Virus record (IMG/VR): IMGVR_UViG_3300017746_000009
Location: 1 to 62,781 of that record
From: a virus
DNA: 62,781 nt
Strand: one strand, 5' to 3'
The notes under the pieces were generated by a model. It was not told where the DNA came from. It did no database searches and was given only the letters and a program-made list of their open reading frames with translations. Each line of letters starts with the position of its first letter. Position 1 is the stretch's first letter. Below are positions 33,940 to 41,493 of the stretch, piece after piece. The translations under genes and the position numbers were made by a program.

Positions 33940-35063
33940 AAACTTTGTGTAATTTGTATAATAGAATCACTACCACCATTAACTTTGATAGTATTGGTAA
34001 CTCCATTTTGAATTAAAACTATAGTGTAGCTATTTGAGGTATCTAGGTCTAGTCTGCTGGTACTACTTACGTTTCTTATAAAGGTAAGTTGTTGACCTGT
34101 AACAAATGTAGTTATCTGTGTTTCTTTATCTTGGCCAAAATCAGTACCTGTTATCTTTACACCACTAGCGTCTTGCTCTAAGGCATCTTCTTCTTCTGAT
34201 ACAGCTAATGCATCAAGTACATTTAACATATCTTCTAAAAAATTAACATCTAATGAATCAATATCTAATTCTGTAAACTCAAGTTCTCTTTCTGATTCTA
34301 AAAAATCTTCTGCTAAATAATCTATATCTAAATCATTAAAGTCTAAGATAGAAACTTTCTTATTTGTTTTTTGATTTTTTTCTTCAATCACAACTTTTTT
34401 CTTAGGTGGTGTAACTATTAACATGTTATCTATAATATCGAGCGTAAGGTCTAAAATTACTGGTTTACTAGGGGATGACTCAAACACAGATACAGTGGTT
34501 GCTTGAAAAGGTTTATTTAACAAAACTGTGCCTGTAGCTGTAACCACTTCTATTTCACCACTAGATAAACCTAGTTCGTCGGGTAATAATATTATTAAAC
34601 TTCTTCCAAGCTCATCAACAGTTGTAGTAAAATCTGTGCCTCTTATAGCAATATTAGCTGTAGGTGTTTTTAAGTTTATATTTTGTTTGTCTATTTTATT
34701 AAAAGTTCCTGTTATAAATCGTGCTGTACCTAAACCAAAAGTTAAAGCCATTTTAGACTTACTTGGGTTAGGATCAAATATATATTCGTCTATTGTAAGT
34801 TGAGAGTGTTCTGTAAGTTTTACTTGAGAATCATCTAAAAAACGTATAGCCATTCTACCATCAGTAGTAATAGCTTCGTCATTAGATTGTATATTAAATT
34901 TTAACTTTGCGTTATAAGTTTTGTCTCTTAATATCTGAGCATTGCCATAAACTTCAGATACATCTCCAATATTAGCAACCGACTGCTGTGCCTTGATCGT
35001 TTTGGTTGACGCAGAAAGTAGAAGCAGCATTACCGCCAGATGATATAATTTTGAGCCAGTCAT
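33936..35063 (-). CDS. secreted FecR-domain protein
   Basis: Signal peptide LAVMLLLLSASTKTIKAQQ and a FecR-like core (ITTDGRMAIRFLDDSQVKLTEHSQLTIDEY...TPTANIAIRGTDF). A 4-nt ATGA overlap links it to the cyclase gene. Confidence 0.7.
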   Translation of the reverse strand: MTGSKLYHLAVMLLLLSASTKTIKAQQSVANIGDVSEVYGNAQILRDKTYNAKLKFNIQSNDEAITTDGRMAIRFLDDSQVKLTEHSQLTIDEYIFDPNPSKSKMALTFGLGTARFITGTFNKIDKQNINLKTPTANIAIRGTDFTTTVDELGRSLIILLPDELGLSSGEIEVVTATGTVLLNKPFQATTVSVFESSPSKPVILDLTLDIIDNMLIVTPPKKKVVIEEKNQKTNKKVSILDFNDLDIDYLAEDFLESERELEFTELDIDSLDVNFLEDMLNVLDALAVSEEEDALEQDASGVKITGTDFGQDKETQITTFVTGQQLTFIRNVSSTSRLDLDTSNSYTIVLIQNGVTNTIKVNGGSDSIIQITQSL

Positions 35064-35700
35064 TGTTTTGAGTACTTAATTGGTTTATCGTAAAGTTTCT
35101 TTGTCCGCCTGTGTGATCTAACCAAAAGTAACCACCTGAAGAAGCTGTGACACCTGTTCCAGTATACGTCACAGTATTATCACTACCGTCTATATCCATG
35201 TAATTAGTAGCTCCGTCAATATTTATACTTGATGTTACTGTGTTATTAGAACCCTGAATAATCCAATCTAGATCTAAAGTAGCAGCAAGAGCAGAAGTAG
35301 CTTGGTTTAGTGTAAGTGCATTAGAAGCTCCAGTTACTTGAACATTTACATTTGAGTTATTAGCACCATAGGTATTAGTAGGATCTGTTTGCATAGTGAA
35401 ATTGTTTGAGTTTCCAGAAAAGTTGAAATAACCTGTATAGCTATCTGCGGTAATATCTCCTCTGAATATGTTACTACCACCTATTTGATTTATATCAAGA
35501 GTCATAGAAGTACCGTCTAAATCAAGAGGGGTCATATTTGATGCACCAGTAGCAGCAGTTAAACCACCTATGAGGTTTCCTCCCCCCATTTGCTCTATAT
35601 CAAGATTAGCTCCTGTTCCTGATTGATCGATATATATCTCATTATCAGAAAAAACCGTAGTCGTAAACAGAAGCGATAAAATAAATAATCCCTTTTTCAT
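34972..35700 (-). CDS. secreted curlin-repeat-like protein (CsgA/CsgB analogue)
   Basis: Signal peptide MKKGLFILSLLFTTTVFS. Q/N-G-N repeats include IDQSGTGANLDIEQMGGGNLIGG (compare CsgA LNIYQYGGGNSA), LDINQIGGSNIF and VQVTGASNALTLNQ. It lies next to csgG. Confidence 0.55.
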   Translation of the reverse strand: MKKGLFILSLLFTTTVFSDNEIYIDQSGTGANLDIEQMGGGNLIGGLTAATGASNMTPLDLDGTSMTLDINQIGGSNIFRGDITADSYTGYFNFSGNSNNFTMQTDPTNTYGANNSNVNVQVTGASNALTLNQATSALAATLDLDWIIQGSNNTVTSSINIDGATNYMDIDGSDNTVTYTGTGVTASSGGYFWLDHTGGQRNFTINQLSTQNNDWLKIISSGGNAASTFCVNQNDQGTAVGC

Positions 35701-35731
35701 ACAATCACCAAAGAATATTGTAACTCATAAT

Positions 35732-36553
35732 TTATTTTTTTAAAACCCAATATTCTTTTTCGTACCCTATTTTAATTAATTCTAATACTGCTCCTTCTAT
35801 AGCTTTTTGTAGAGCTATAGTTGAACTTTCATTATACGCATTACCAAGTTCTAATTCAAGTAGTTCGGTGCCTAATTCAATAAATCTAAATACATCTTGA
35901 GACTGACCATAACTTAATATAGTTTTTTCAGTCATTACTTCTATAAGTATTTCACCAGTAGCTACTGATACCATCCTAAGACTTATAGTTACAACATCTT
36001 CTTTATATTGTGTACTTGCCCCTATACCAAGATACCTTGCCCCTACACCTCCTGTTCTTACATTTGAATCATAAGAAACAACAGCTCCTTGCATTATAAC
36101 ACCAGCAAATAATAAAGGCATTAATTTTTTACTTTCTTTTTCTTCGTTGTTTGAAGCCTGTCGTGTAGAGCGTATTAACTGTCTTTCTTTAGTTAAGTTA
36201 TCTAAACCGACCCTTTCTACTACTCTAAAAAATTTACCGTTTGAAGCGTGTTTTAAGGCTCTTATAAGTAAGGCATTAGGTGCTTGAGTTACTGCTGTGC
36301 TAAATAAAGCAAACTCACCGTTACTCTTTCTTTGCCCTGTTTGATCAGTAAAACTCGTAGGATATACTGCAACTACTGGTTGAGTTTTTGGTGGAGTTAC
36401 GTTTGCAAGATCTTTTGACTGTAAAGATAATATACTTGAAAAACTGTGTTCTTCTGTTTCTGCATATTCATGAAGAACCGAAGTAGTTTTAAATAAACTA
36501 CAACTAGAAAGTAAAAGAATTGATAGGAAGAGTAATACTGGTTTCAGTTCCAT
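35732..36553 (-). CDS. csgG: CsgG-family curli secretion channel lipoprotein
   Basis: Lipobox LLLSSC. Block-wise identity to E. coli CsgG: FSTAVTQAPNALLIRALK ~ FSTAVPQSATAMLVTALK; ERVGLDNLTKERQLIRS ~ ERQGLQNLLNERKIIRA; SYDSNVRTGGVGARYLGIGASTQY ~ GYESNVKSGGVGARYFGIGADTQY; ATGEILIEVMTEKTILSYGQSQDVFRFIE ~ STGEILSSVNTSKTILSYEVQAGVFRFID. Confidence 0.9.
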   Translation of the reverse strand: MELKPVLLFLSILLLSSCSLFKTTSVLHEYAETEEHSFSSILSLQSKDLANVTPPKTQPVVAVYPTSFTDQTGQRKSNGEFALFSTAVTQAPNALLIRALKHASNGKFFRVVERVGLDNLTKERQLIRSTRQASNNEEKESKKLMPLLFAGVIMQGAVVSYDSNVRTGGVGARYLGIGASTQYKEDVVTISLRMVSVATGEILIEVMTEKTILSYGQSQDVFRFIELGTELLELELGNAYNESSTIALQKAIEGAVLELIKIGYEKEYWVLKK

Positions 36554-37007
36554 CTTGTTCTATTACCGTAAGAGTTATAAATTGTCCGTCGCTAGAATAG
36601 GATATATTATTCCCTTCGAGACTAATTGTTCCAGAAGTGTTGCTATCTTCACCAAATAAATTATTTACTAGTTGTCTAGAAAGTTCAGCGTACACTCTGC
36701 TTTCAAGATTTCGTATAAACCTAGCTACCGTAGAGCTTTCTTTTTCTCTTTCAAGATCTTCGATTTGTTGTTGTAAAGCTTCTTCAATAGCTTTTTTTCT
36801 ACTTGCCTCTTGATTTTCTATAGTTAAATAATGAGAAGAAGTTTGTTCTCCAGAAAAACTTGGTGATTTAAAATTAAAAGTTATTTCTTCTGCAGCAAGA
36901 TTTTGTACATGACTGAATGCTACAGCAAAAAGTATAAAGACAATACCGATTATACCAAACCAATATTCAATTTTTCTTTCTATTTCTGTTTTCTTTCTTT
37001 TCATCAT
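36504..37007 (-). CDS. csgF: CsgF-like curli assembly component
   Basis: A signal/TM segment is followed by ITFNFKSPSFSGEQ (E. coli CsgF TFQFRNPNFGGNP) and the C-terminal DGQFITLTVIEQDGTETSITLP (CsgF [21 protein letters not shown]). A 50-nt overlap links it to csgG. Confidence 0.65.
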   Translation of the reverse strand: MMKRKKTEIERKIEYWFGIIGIVFILFAVAFSHVQNLAAEEITFNFKSPSFSGEQTSSHYLTIENQEASRKKAIEEALQQQIEDLEREKESSTVARFIRNLESRVYAELSRQLVNNLFGEDSNTSGTISLEGNNISYSSDGQFITLTVIEQDGTETSITLPINSFTF

Positions 37008-37230
37008 CTTTTAATTCAAGTACAGTGTTTACTTTTTCTTGTAATCTTATCATATCTTGATCTAAAAGACGTAATTGATCTGTAAGCCTAATAATAGTAC
37101 TTTTCATTTCTTCTACTGCAGGGTCTATAGTATTAGTTATTGTTTGCCAAACATAGTAAACAAAATAACCTAACCCCACAACCATAACTACAGGAAAACC
37201 AAAATCGGCAACTATTTGAACTATGTCCAT
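36967..37230 (-). CDS. small N-terminal-TM coiled-coil protein, paralogue of 37230-37523
   Basis: MDIVQIVADFGFPVVMVVGLGYFVYYVW aligns with MEIFNLIAEVGVPIAGALVMAYFIFLVM of the upstream ORF; both carry the D.IR(I/L) and L(D/E)LK motifs. Confidence 0.6.
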   Translation of the reverse strand: MDIVQIVADFGFPVVMVVGLGYFVYYVWQTITNTIDPAVEEMKSTIIRLTDQLRLLDQDMIRLQEKVNTVLELKDDEKKENRNRKKN

Positions 37231-37523
37231 TAGTCTCTCCTAGCATCAATTTTACCATCTTCTACAAAGTTTTCTGCTCTTGCTATTCTATCTAAATCTG
37301 GTTTTAAATCTAATGCACTTGAAACACTTGTGTCAATTCTAATAATATCATTATTCATAATAGAAGCTCTAGTGATTAGCATTTTAGTTATTCCTTGTAC
37401 GGTTTTTATTTCACTTACTAAACCTTCCATAAGTTGTTTCATAACTAAAAATATAAAATAAGCCATAACTAATGCACCAGCTATAGGAACACCTACCTCA
37501 GCAATGAGGTTAAATATTTCCAT
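37230..37523 (-). CDS. small N-terminal-TM coiled-coil protein, paralogue of 36967-37230
   Basis: See the paralogue entry; 1-nt overlaps to both neighbours. Confidence 0.6.
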   Translation of the reverse strand: MEIFNLIAEVGVPIAGALVMAYFIFLVMKQLMEGLVSEIKTVQGITKMLITRASIMNNDIIRIDTSVSSALDLKPDLDRIARAENFVEDGKIDARRD

Positions 37524-37873
37524 TAGTTTTCGCCTTTAAATTTTTTGCTTTGTCCTGAGGTGCCTGCGTAAATACCAAAAACTGCTGCCATCGCTCCTAC
37601 TACTATAGAGACTAAGGCTGATTGTTCTAGGTTAGGTTCAGGTAAAGCCATAAACCATATTACTACTTTGTAAAGAAGCACTATATAAACACTTACGAAT
37701 ACTCTTGGAAATATTCGCCAAGCATCAACGGTTTTAGCTAGATGTACCCATTTTATAAACGGATTATCTCCGTTATTTTTAGGATTTACATCTATGTCTA
37801 ATTCAAGTTTTCTTTTTATAGGTGTTTCTTTTTCTACTATAGTATTGTCAGTAATGATTTTTTCTTCGCTCAT
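37523..37873 (-). CDS. two-TM membrane protein, holin candidate
   Basis: TM segments VFVSVYIVLLYKVVIWFMAL and ALVSIVVGAMAAVFGIYAG precede a basic C-terminus SGQSKKFKGEN. It lies upstream of the spanin and endolysin genes. Confidence 0.4.
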   Translation of the reverse strand: MSEEKIITDNTIVEKETPIKRKLELDIDVNPKNNGDNPFIKWVHLAKTVDAWRIFPRVFVSVYIVLLYKVVIWFMALPEPNLEQSALVSIVVGAMAAVFGIYAGTSGQSKKFKGEN

Positions 37874-38052
37874 ATAAATTTAGTAAGAACTATAGCCCCT
37901 ACAATAAAAGGGTAAACTCCCCAAAGTAGATTTTCTAAACGTCTAAATTTATCAGACCCTTCCTCAAGACGCTTTTCGATATTTTCATAACGTAAAGCAC
38001 ACTCTTTTTCGTGTGTTTCTATTTTATGTAAAGCGTCTTTAGTAGTCGCCAT
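37870..38052 (-). CDS. small tail-anchored membrane protein (60 aa)
   Basis: C-terminal TM segment LLWGVYPFIVGAIVLTKFI; 4-nt overlap with the downstream gene. Confidence 0.55.
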   Translation of the reverse strand: MATTKDALHKIETHEKECALRYENIEKRLEEGSDKFRRLENLLWGVYPFIVGAIVLTKFI

Positions 38053-38054
38053 TG

Positions 38055-38231
38055 TTATTTTTTCTTTTTACGACGAGTATAGGCTTCGTTTTCTGGTGTG
38101 TCTGGGTCATCAGCAACGTACCTGCCTTTTTCATTTCTAGTTCTAACTGTTTCATAATCTTCTGGGTTTTCTTCAACAGGTTTCGTACTGTCTGTAATCC
38201 AAAAATTTTTAAAGTTTTGCCACCAAGTCAT
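38055..38231 (-). CDS. small hypothetical protein (58 aa, not in the supplied ORF track)
   Basis: GAAAGGAG lies 6 nt before the ATG at 38231. My translation is MTWWQNFKNFWITDSTKPVEENPEDYETVRTRNEKGRYVADDPDTPENEAYTRRKKKK, with stop TAA at 38057-38055, 2 nt before the next ATG. Confidence 0.6.
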   Translation of the reverse strand: MTWWQNFKNFWITDSTKPVEENPEDYETVRTRNEKGRYVADDPDTPENEAYTRRKKKK

Positions 38232-38297
38232 AATATACTCCTTTCTTTTTATTATATTATATCAGTACAACCAAAAAACCAATAAGTACCTTTACAC

Positions 38298-38888
38298 TTA
38301 TGTCCATTGTTTACCTTCTCGCCAACCCACTAAAGCATGACGTTGTCCTTTAGTAATTTCTGTAACTCTGTGTTGTAAAAAAGAAGGAAAAACTACTACT
38401 GTGCCTTTCTGCCTTAATTTTTCTTTTAGTTCTGGTGTAGAATCTATATCTTTAAATTCTAAGTCTCCGCCTGTATAAGCGTCTGAGTCAGATAATTGTA
38501 TAGAAAAACTTAGCTTTCTTTCATACATACCTTGTTTAGATTCTCCTAAAAAAGAATCTTGATGCCAGTTATAAAAACTACCTTTATTATATTCTGTGTG
38601 CTGTATGTATCGACAAACTCCTGATAGGTCAAACCCAAACCAATCCATATTAGCTTGGTTTATATAATTATTTAACATACCGTGAGCATTTTCATATAAA
38701 TCAGGAGTACTTTGATTTAACCAGCGAAGTTGAGTAACTCTGTAGCTATTACTTTCTTTAGCCTCTTCATCAAAACCTATTTTTGCTTTTTCTACAGGTA
38801 CATTTTTTAAAATAGTTGTATGCAAATTATCTAAATATTTTAACAATTCTTCATTTGGATTTTCAAATATTGCTATTCTTCCAAGCAT
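38298..38888 (-). CDS. 2OG-Fe(II) oxygenase (prolyl-4-hydroxylase-like)
   Basis: WHQDSF (HxD), KLSFSIQLSD, YTGGDLEF and FPSFLQHRVTEITKGQRHALVGW. Confidence 0.75.
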   Translation of the reverse strand: MLGRIAIFENPNEELLKYLDNLHTTILKNVPVEKAKIGFDEEAKESNSYRVTQLRWLNQSTPDLYENAHGMLNNYINQANMDWFGFDLSGVCRYIQHTEYNKGSFYNWHQDSFLGESKQGMYERKLSFSIQLSDSDAYTGGDLEFKDIDSTPELKEKLRQKGTVVVFPSFLQHRVTEITKGQRHALVGWREGKQWT

Positions 38889-38992
38889 TTTATTTCTCTG
38901 CTGTGAAGTTTTTTAAATTTTTCTCTATAGTTTTTTTCTAATTTAATTTTTTGATTAAATTTTTTGTTAGCTTTTTTAAACTCTGCTTTCAT
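38873..38992 (-). CDS. possible 39-aa Lys-rich peptide bridging two genes
   Basis: An ATGA overlap with the stop of 38989-39795. My translation is MKAEFKKANKKFNQKIKLEKNYREKFKKLHSREIKCLEE, overlapping the next gene by 16 nt. It is short and low-complexity, so the call is weak. Confidence 0.2.
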   Translation of the reverse strand: MKAEFKKANKKFNQKIKLEKNYREKFKKLHSREIKCLEE

Positions 38993-39795
38993 TTTATTTT
39001 AGTAAGTTTATCTATCATCTTTTTATGTTTTTGATATTTATTAACTACAACTCTTGTACCATAAGGGTACAAAGCACTTGCAAGAGTTTTGTTCCATTCG
39101 GTAGCTGATATATGGTTGTAATGTATTTTATATTTTGTTTTGCCTTGTAGCGGTATTAATACTGCAGGAGACTCACCATAATTAAAAGTTAATTCTTGTG
39201 ACTTAGCTTCAGTAAAAAATTGAATGTGAATTTGATGAGCATAATAAAATTCAAGTACTCCGTTTAAAACTTGTATATCTTTTTTTGACTGCCAATAATT
39301 ATTTGTTAATAAAAACTTATGATCTTTAGGTCCTTCAATATACCAAGGGTAAGATAATTTTAATTGTCTCATGTCTGGAAAAGCATCTCCCCATTGTTCA
39401 GCAGCGTGAGTTTGCACAACTGGAACATGAGATGCTTCATTAAATTCTTGATATTCTATAGGTCCATTAAAACTGTAATTAGGGGTCCAGTCTAATTTAT
39501 CTTTTTCTTTATCGTATTTAATTTTTATATCAAAAGGACAAGGTAAAGCTATAGCATTTTTATAAAACTCTATAAACCCTGTGCAAGACTTCATATTTAA
39601 AATAGGCTCACCATTTTCTAACATTGCTGCTTCATGCTCTGCTGGTGTTTTTTTCTCTGGGTCAGCAGAAACTTTTAATTTGTTCCACCAAGAAATTTTA
39701 GATGGCTTTAAATAATGAGGTGTAGTTTCTTTATATTTGGTAGGTTCTTCGTAACAAGTGTTAATTACTAAATCATAATATTTTTTAAGAAACAT
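38989..39795 (-). CDS. hypothetical protein (268 aa)
   Basis: ORF with GGAGG before the ATG; no motif recognised. Confidence 0.65.
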   Translation of the reverse strand: MFLKKYYDLVINTCYEEPTKYKETTPHYLKPSKISWWNKLKVSADPEKKTPAEHEAAMLENGEPILNMKSCTGFIEFYKNAIALPCPFDIKIKYDKEKDKLDWTPNYSFNGPIEYQEFNEASHVPVVQTHAAEQWGDAFPDMRQLKLSYPWYIEGPKDHKFLLTNNYWQSKKDIQVLNGVLEFYYAHQIHIQFFTEAKSQELTFNYGESPAVLIPLQGKTKYKIHYNHISATEWNKTLASALYPYGTRVVVNKYQKHKKMIDKLTKIK

Positions 39796-39815
39796 TTAAA
39801 ACCTCCTGATTTTTA

Positions 39816-40877
39816 CTAGCCACCCCAATTAATCCAATTTTCAGCGTTTTGCGGTACTTTAACATACCCTTTTACCTGTTTAATCGCTAAAGTACTTTTA
39901 TCATATGCCATACCAAAACACCAAACATAATCATTTATTTTATTATCTGGTAAAGGAAAATCTAGAGAGTACTTTTCACAATACTTTTTCATAAGTTTTG
40001 GTGTAGTAGTAAAATACACATCATATTCATCAGCTTCAACTCCTTCCTCGGTATACATTTTTGCAAAGTAAATATCTTCAGCAGCGGGTAGGCTAGGTCT
40101 AGGTATAAAAGAATTTGGACACTCTTGATAATTACTAGTTTCTTTTGTGTCTTTTATAACTGTTTTTAAAAATCTTTTTGAATTATCTAAATCATATTTT
40201 AATCCATACCAAAACCTATAGGAGTATGAGTGATTAGGAACTTTAAAAGTAGTTAAAAGCTGGTTAAAATCTGCTTTTTTATAATACATTTCATAAAAAG
40301 TTATAGTGTTGTAAGTAGTATAGGGTGGTCTTAAAGTGTGATTATCGCGATACGTGCCTAAAATATTATATGGACTACTTTTAAAATTAGGTTGATTGGA
40401 AAACTTTTCATTAATTTTAGCAATCAACGCATTTATTTCTTCTCCTTCTTCTCCAACACAATCCATAGTGTAATCTTTTTTAGCAAATATTTTATTAACA
40501 TAAATTTCATCCCACATAGCACCATTTATAGGAATAATATTTACTTCATCTATCCATTCAGAAGCAATATCTACGTTTTCTTCCGCTACCTTCCAAGTCG
40601 TAAATAAAGAGTTTCTCCATTGAGATACTTCCCAAAGTTCTTTTACATAATCTAATTCTTCAGTCTCAATAGAGTAACTACCATCTGGCTCTTCTGTTAT
40701 TAAAGTATTTGTAGACTCTTTATCAAACTCCCAATACACCTCTTCTTCTGTAACAGGGTGATTAGTATAAAGAGTTAATCTTTTGTAATCGTTATCGGTT
40801 CGCCAATGAGTAATTTTTTCTTCCGCGGTCCTGTCCTGATATGACTCTGTGCTCTCTGTTAATACCACTTTAGTCAT
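39816..40877 (-). CDS. hypothetical protein (353 aa, Trp/Tyr/Glu-rich)
   Basis: ORF in the co-directional array; no motif recognised. Confidence 0.65.
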   Translation of the reverse strand: MTKVVLTESTESYQDRTAEEKITHWRTDNDYKRLTLYTNHPVTEEEVYWEFDKESTNTLITEEPDGSYSIETEELDYVKELWEVSQWRNSLFTTWKVAEENVDIASEWIDEVNIIPINGAMWDEIYVNKIFAKKDYTMDCVGEEGEEINALIAKINEKFSNQPNFKSSPYNILGTYRDNHTLRPPYTTYNTITFYEMYYKKADFNQLLTTFKVPNHSYSYRFWYGLKYDLDNSKRFLKTVIKDTKETSNYQECPNSFIPRPSLPAAEDIYFAKMYTEEGVEADEYDVYFTTTPKLMKKYCEKYSLDFPLPDNKINDYVWCFGMAYDKSTLAIKQVKGYVKVPQNAENWINWGG

Positions 40878-40878
40878 C

Positions 40879-41493
40879 TTAAACTCTTCTCCTAAAAGTT
40901 ACATAGTAAGTTGTGTTGTTAGCAGGAAAAGGAGCTACTGTATCTGTAGTATTAATAAAACCTACATCCGGAGCTGAAGTGTTTATTTGTAGGGTTGTAG
41001 AATTGGCAATACTTGCAAAAGTAAAATCTCCCCTATCAAAAGTAGTTGCGTTGACTACAACACTATTAAAAACATTGTTGTCGTCATTAGTTATACTAGA
41101 TGCATTTGAAGTAATTGCAAAATATTTTTGACCAGTTCCAAATAGAGTACTTGATTCACAATAAACTCCAGTAATAGTTCCTCCGCCCATATAATCAGAT
41201 TCACTAGTAGGACTTAAATTTGAAGGTGAAGTATTAGCCTGAAAACCTCTGTAATAAGTTGTTATGCTTATATAGCTTTGTGTAAAAGTTACTGACCCAG
41301 TTCCAACTGTGCCACTTTGTACAAAGTCAGCAGCTTTAGCGTACATATCAGACATTGAAAATTGAGTATTTTGATTTGAACCAGAAATAAGCCTAATATC
41401 AGAATCATTAAAACTAGCTTGACTACCAGAAGATCCTCCAGCTTCAACATGAACTTCATTAAGAGTTATTGTTCCAGATGCAGGTGTACCCAT
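40879..41493 (-). CDS. hypothetical Ser/Thr/Asn-rich protein adjacent to the tail fibre genes
   Basis: 1-nt overlap with the fibre gene upstream; the composition is typical of receptor-binding accessory proteins. Confidence 0.5.
   Translation of the reverse strand: MGTPASGTITLNEVHVEAGGSSGSQASFNDSDIRLISGSNQNTQFSMSDMYAKAADFVQSGTVGTGSVTFTQSYISITTYYRGFQANTSPSNLSPTSESDYMGGGTITGVYCESSTLFGTGQKYFAITSNASSITNDDNNVFNSVVVNATTFDRGDFTFASIANSTTLQINTSAPDVGFINTTDTVAPFPANNTTYYVTFRRRV

Noticed and set aside
38052-38285. 77-aa plus-strand ORF filling the gap between 37870-38052 and 38298-38888
   Set aside because: The same gap holds a 58-aa minus-strand ORF (38055-38231) with a strong GAAAGGAG RBS and tight spacing to the downstream gene. 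The plus-strand ORF has no RBS and a Phe/Ile-rich nonsense-like translation.
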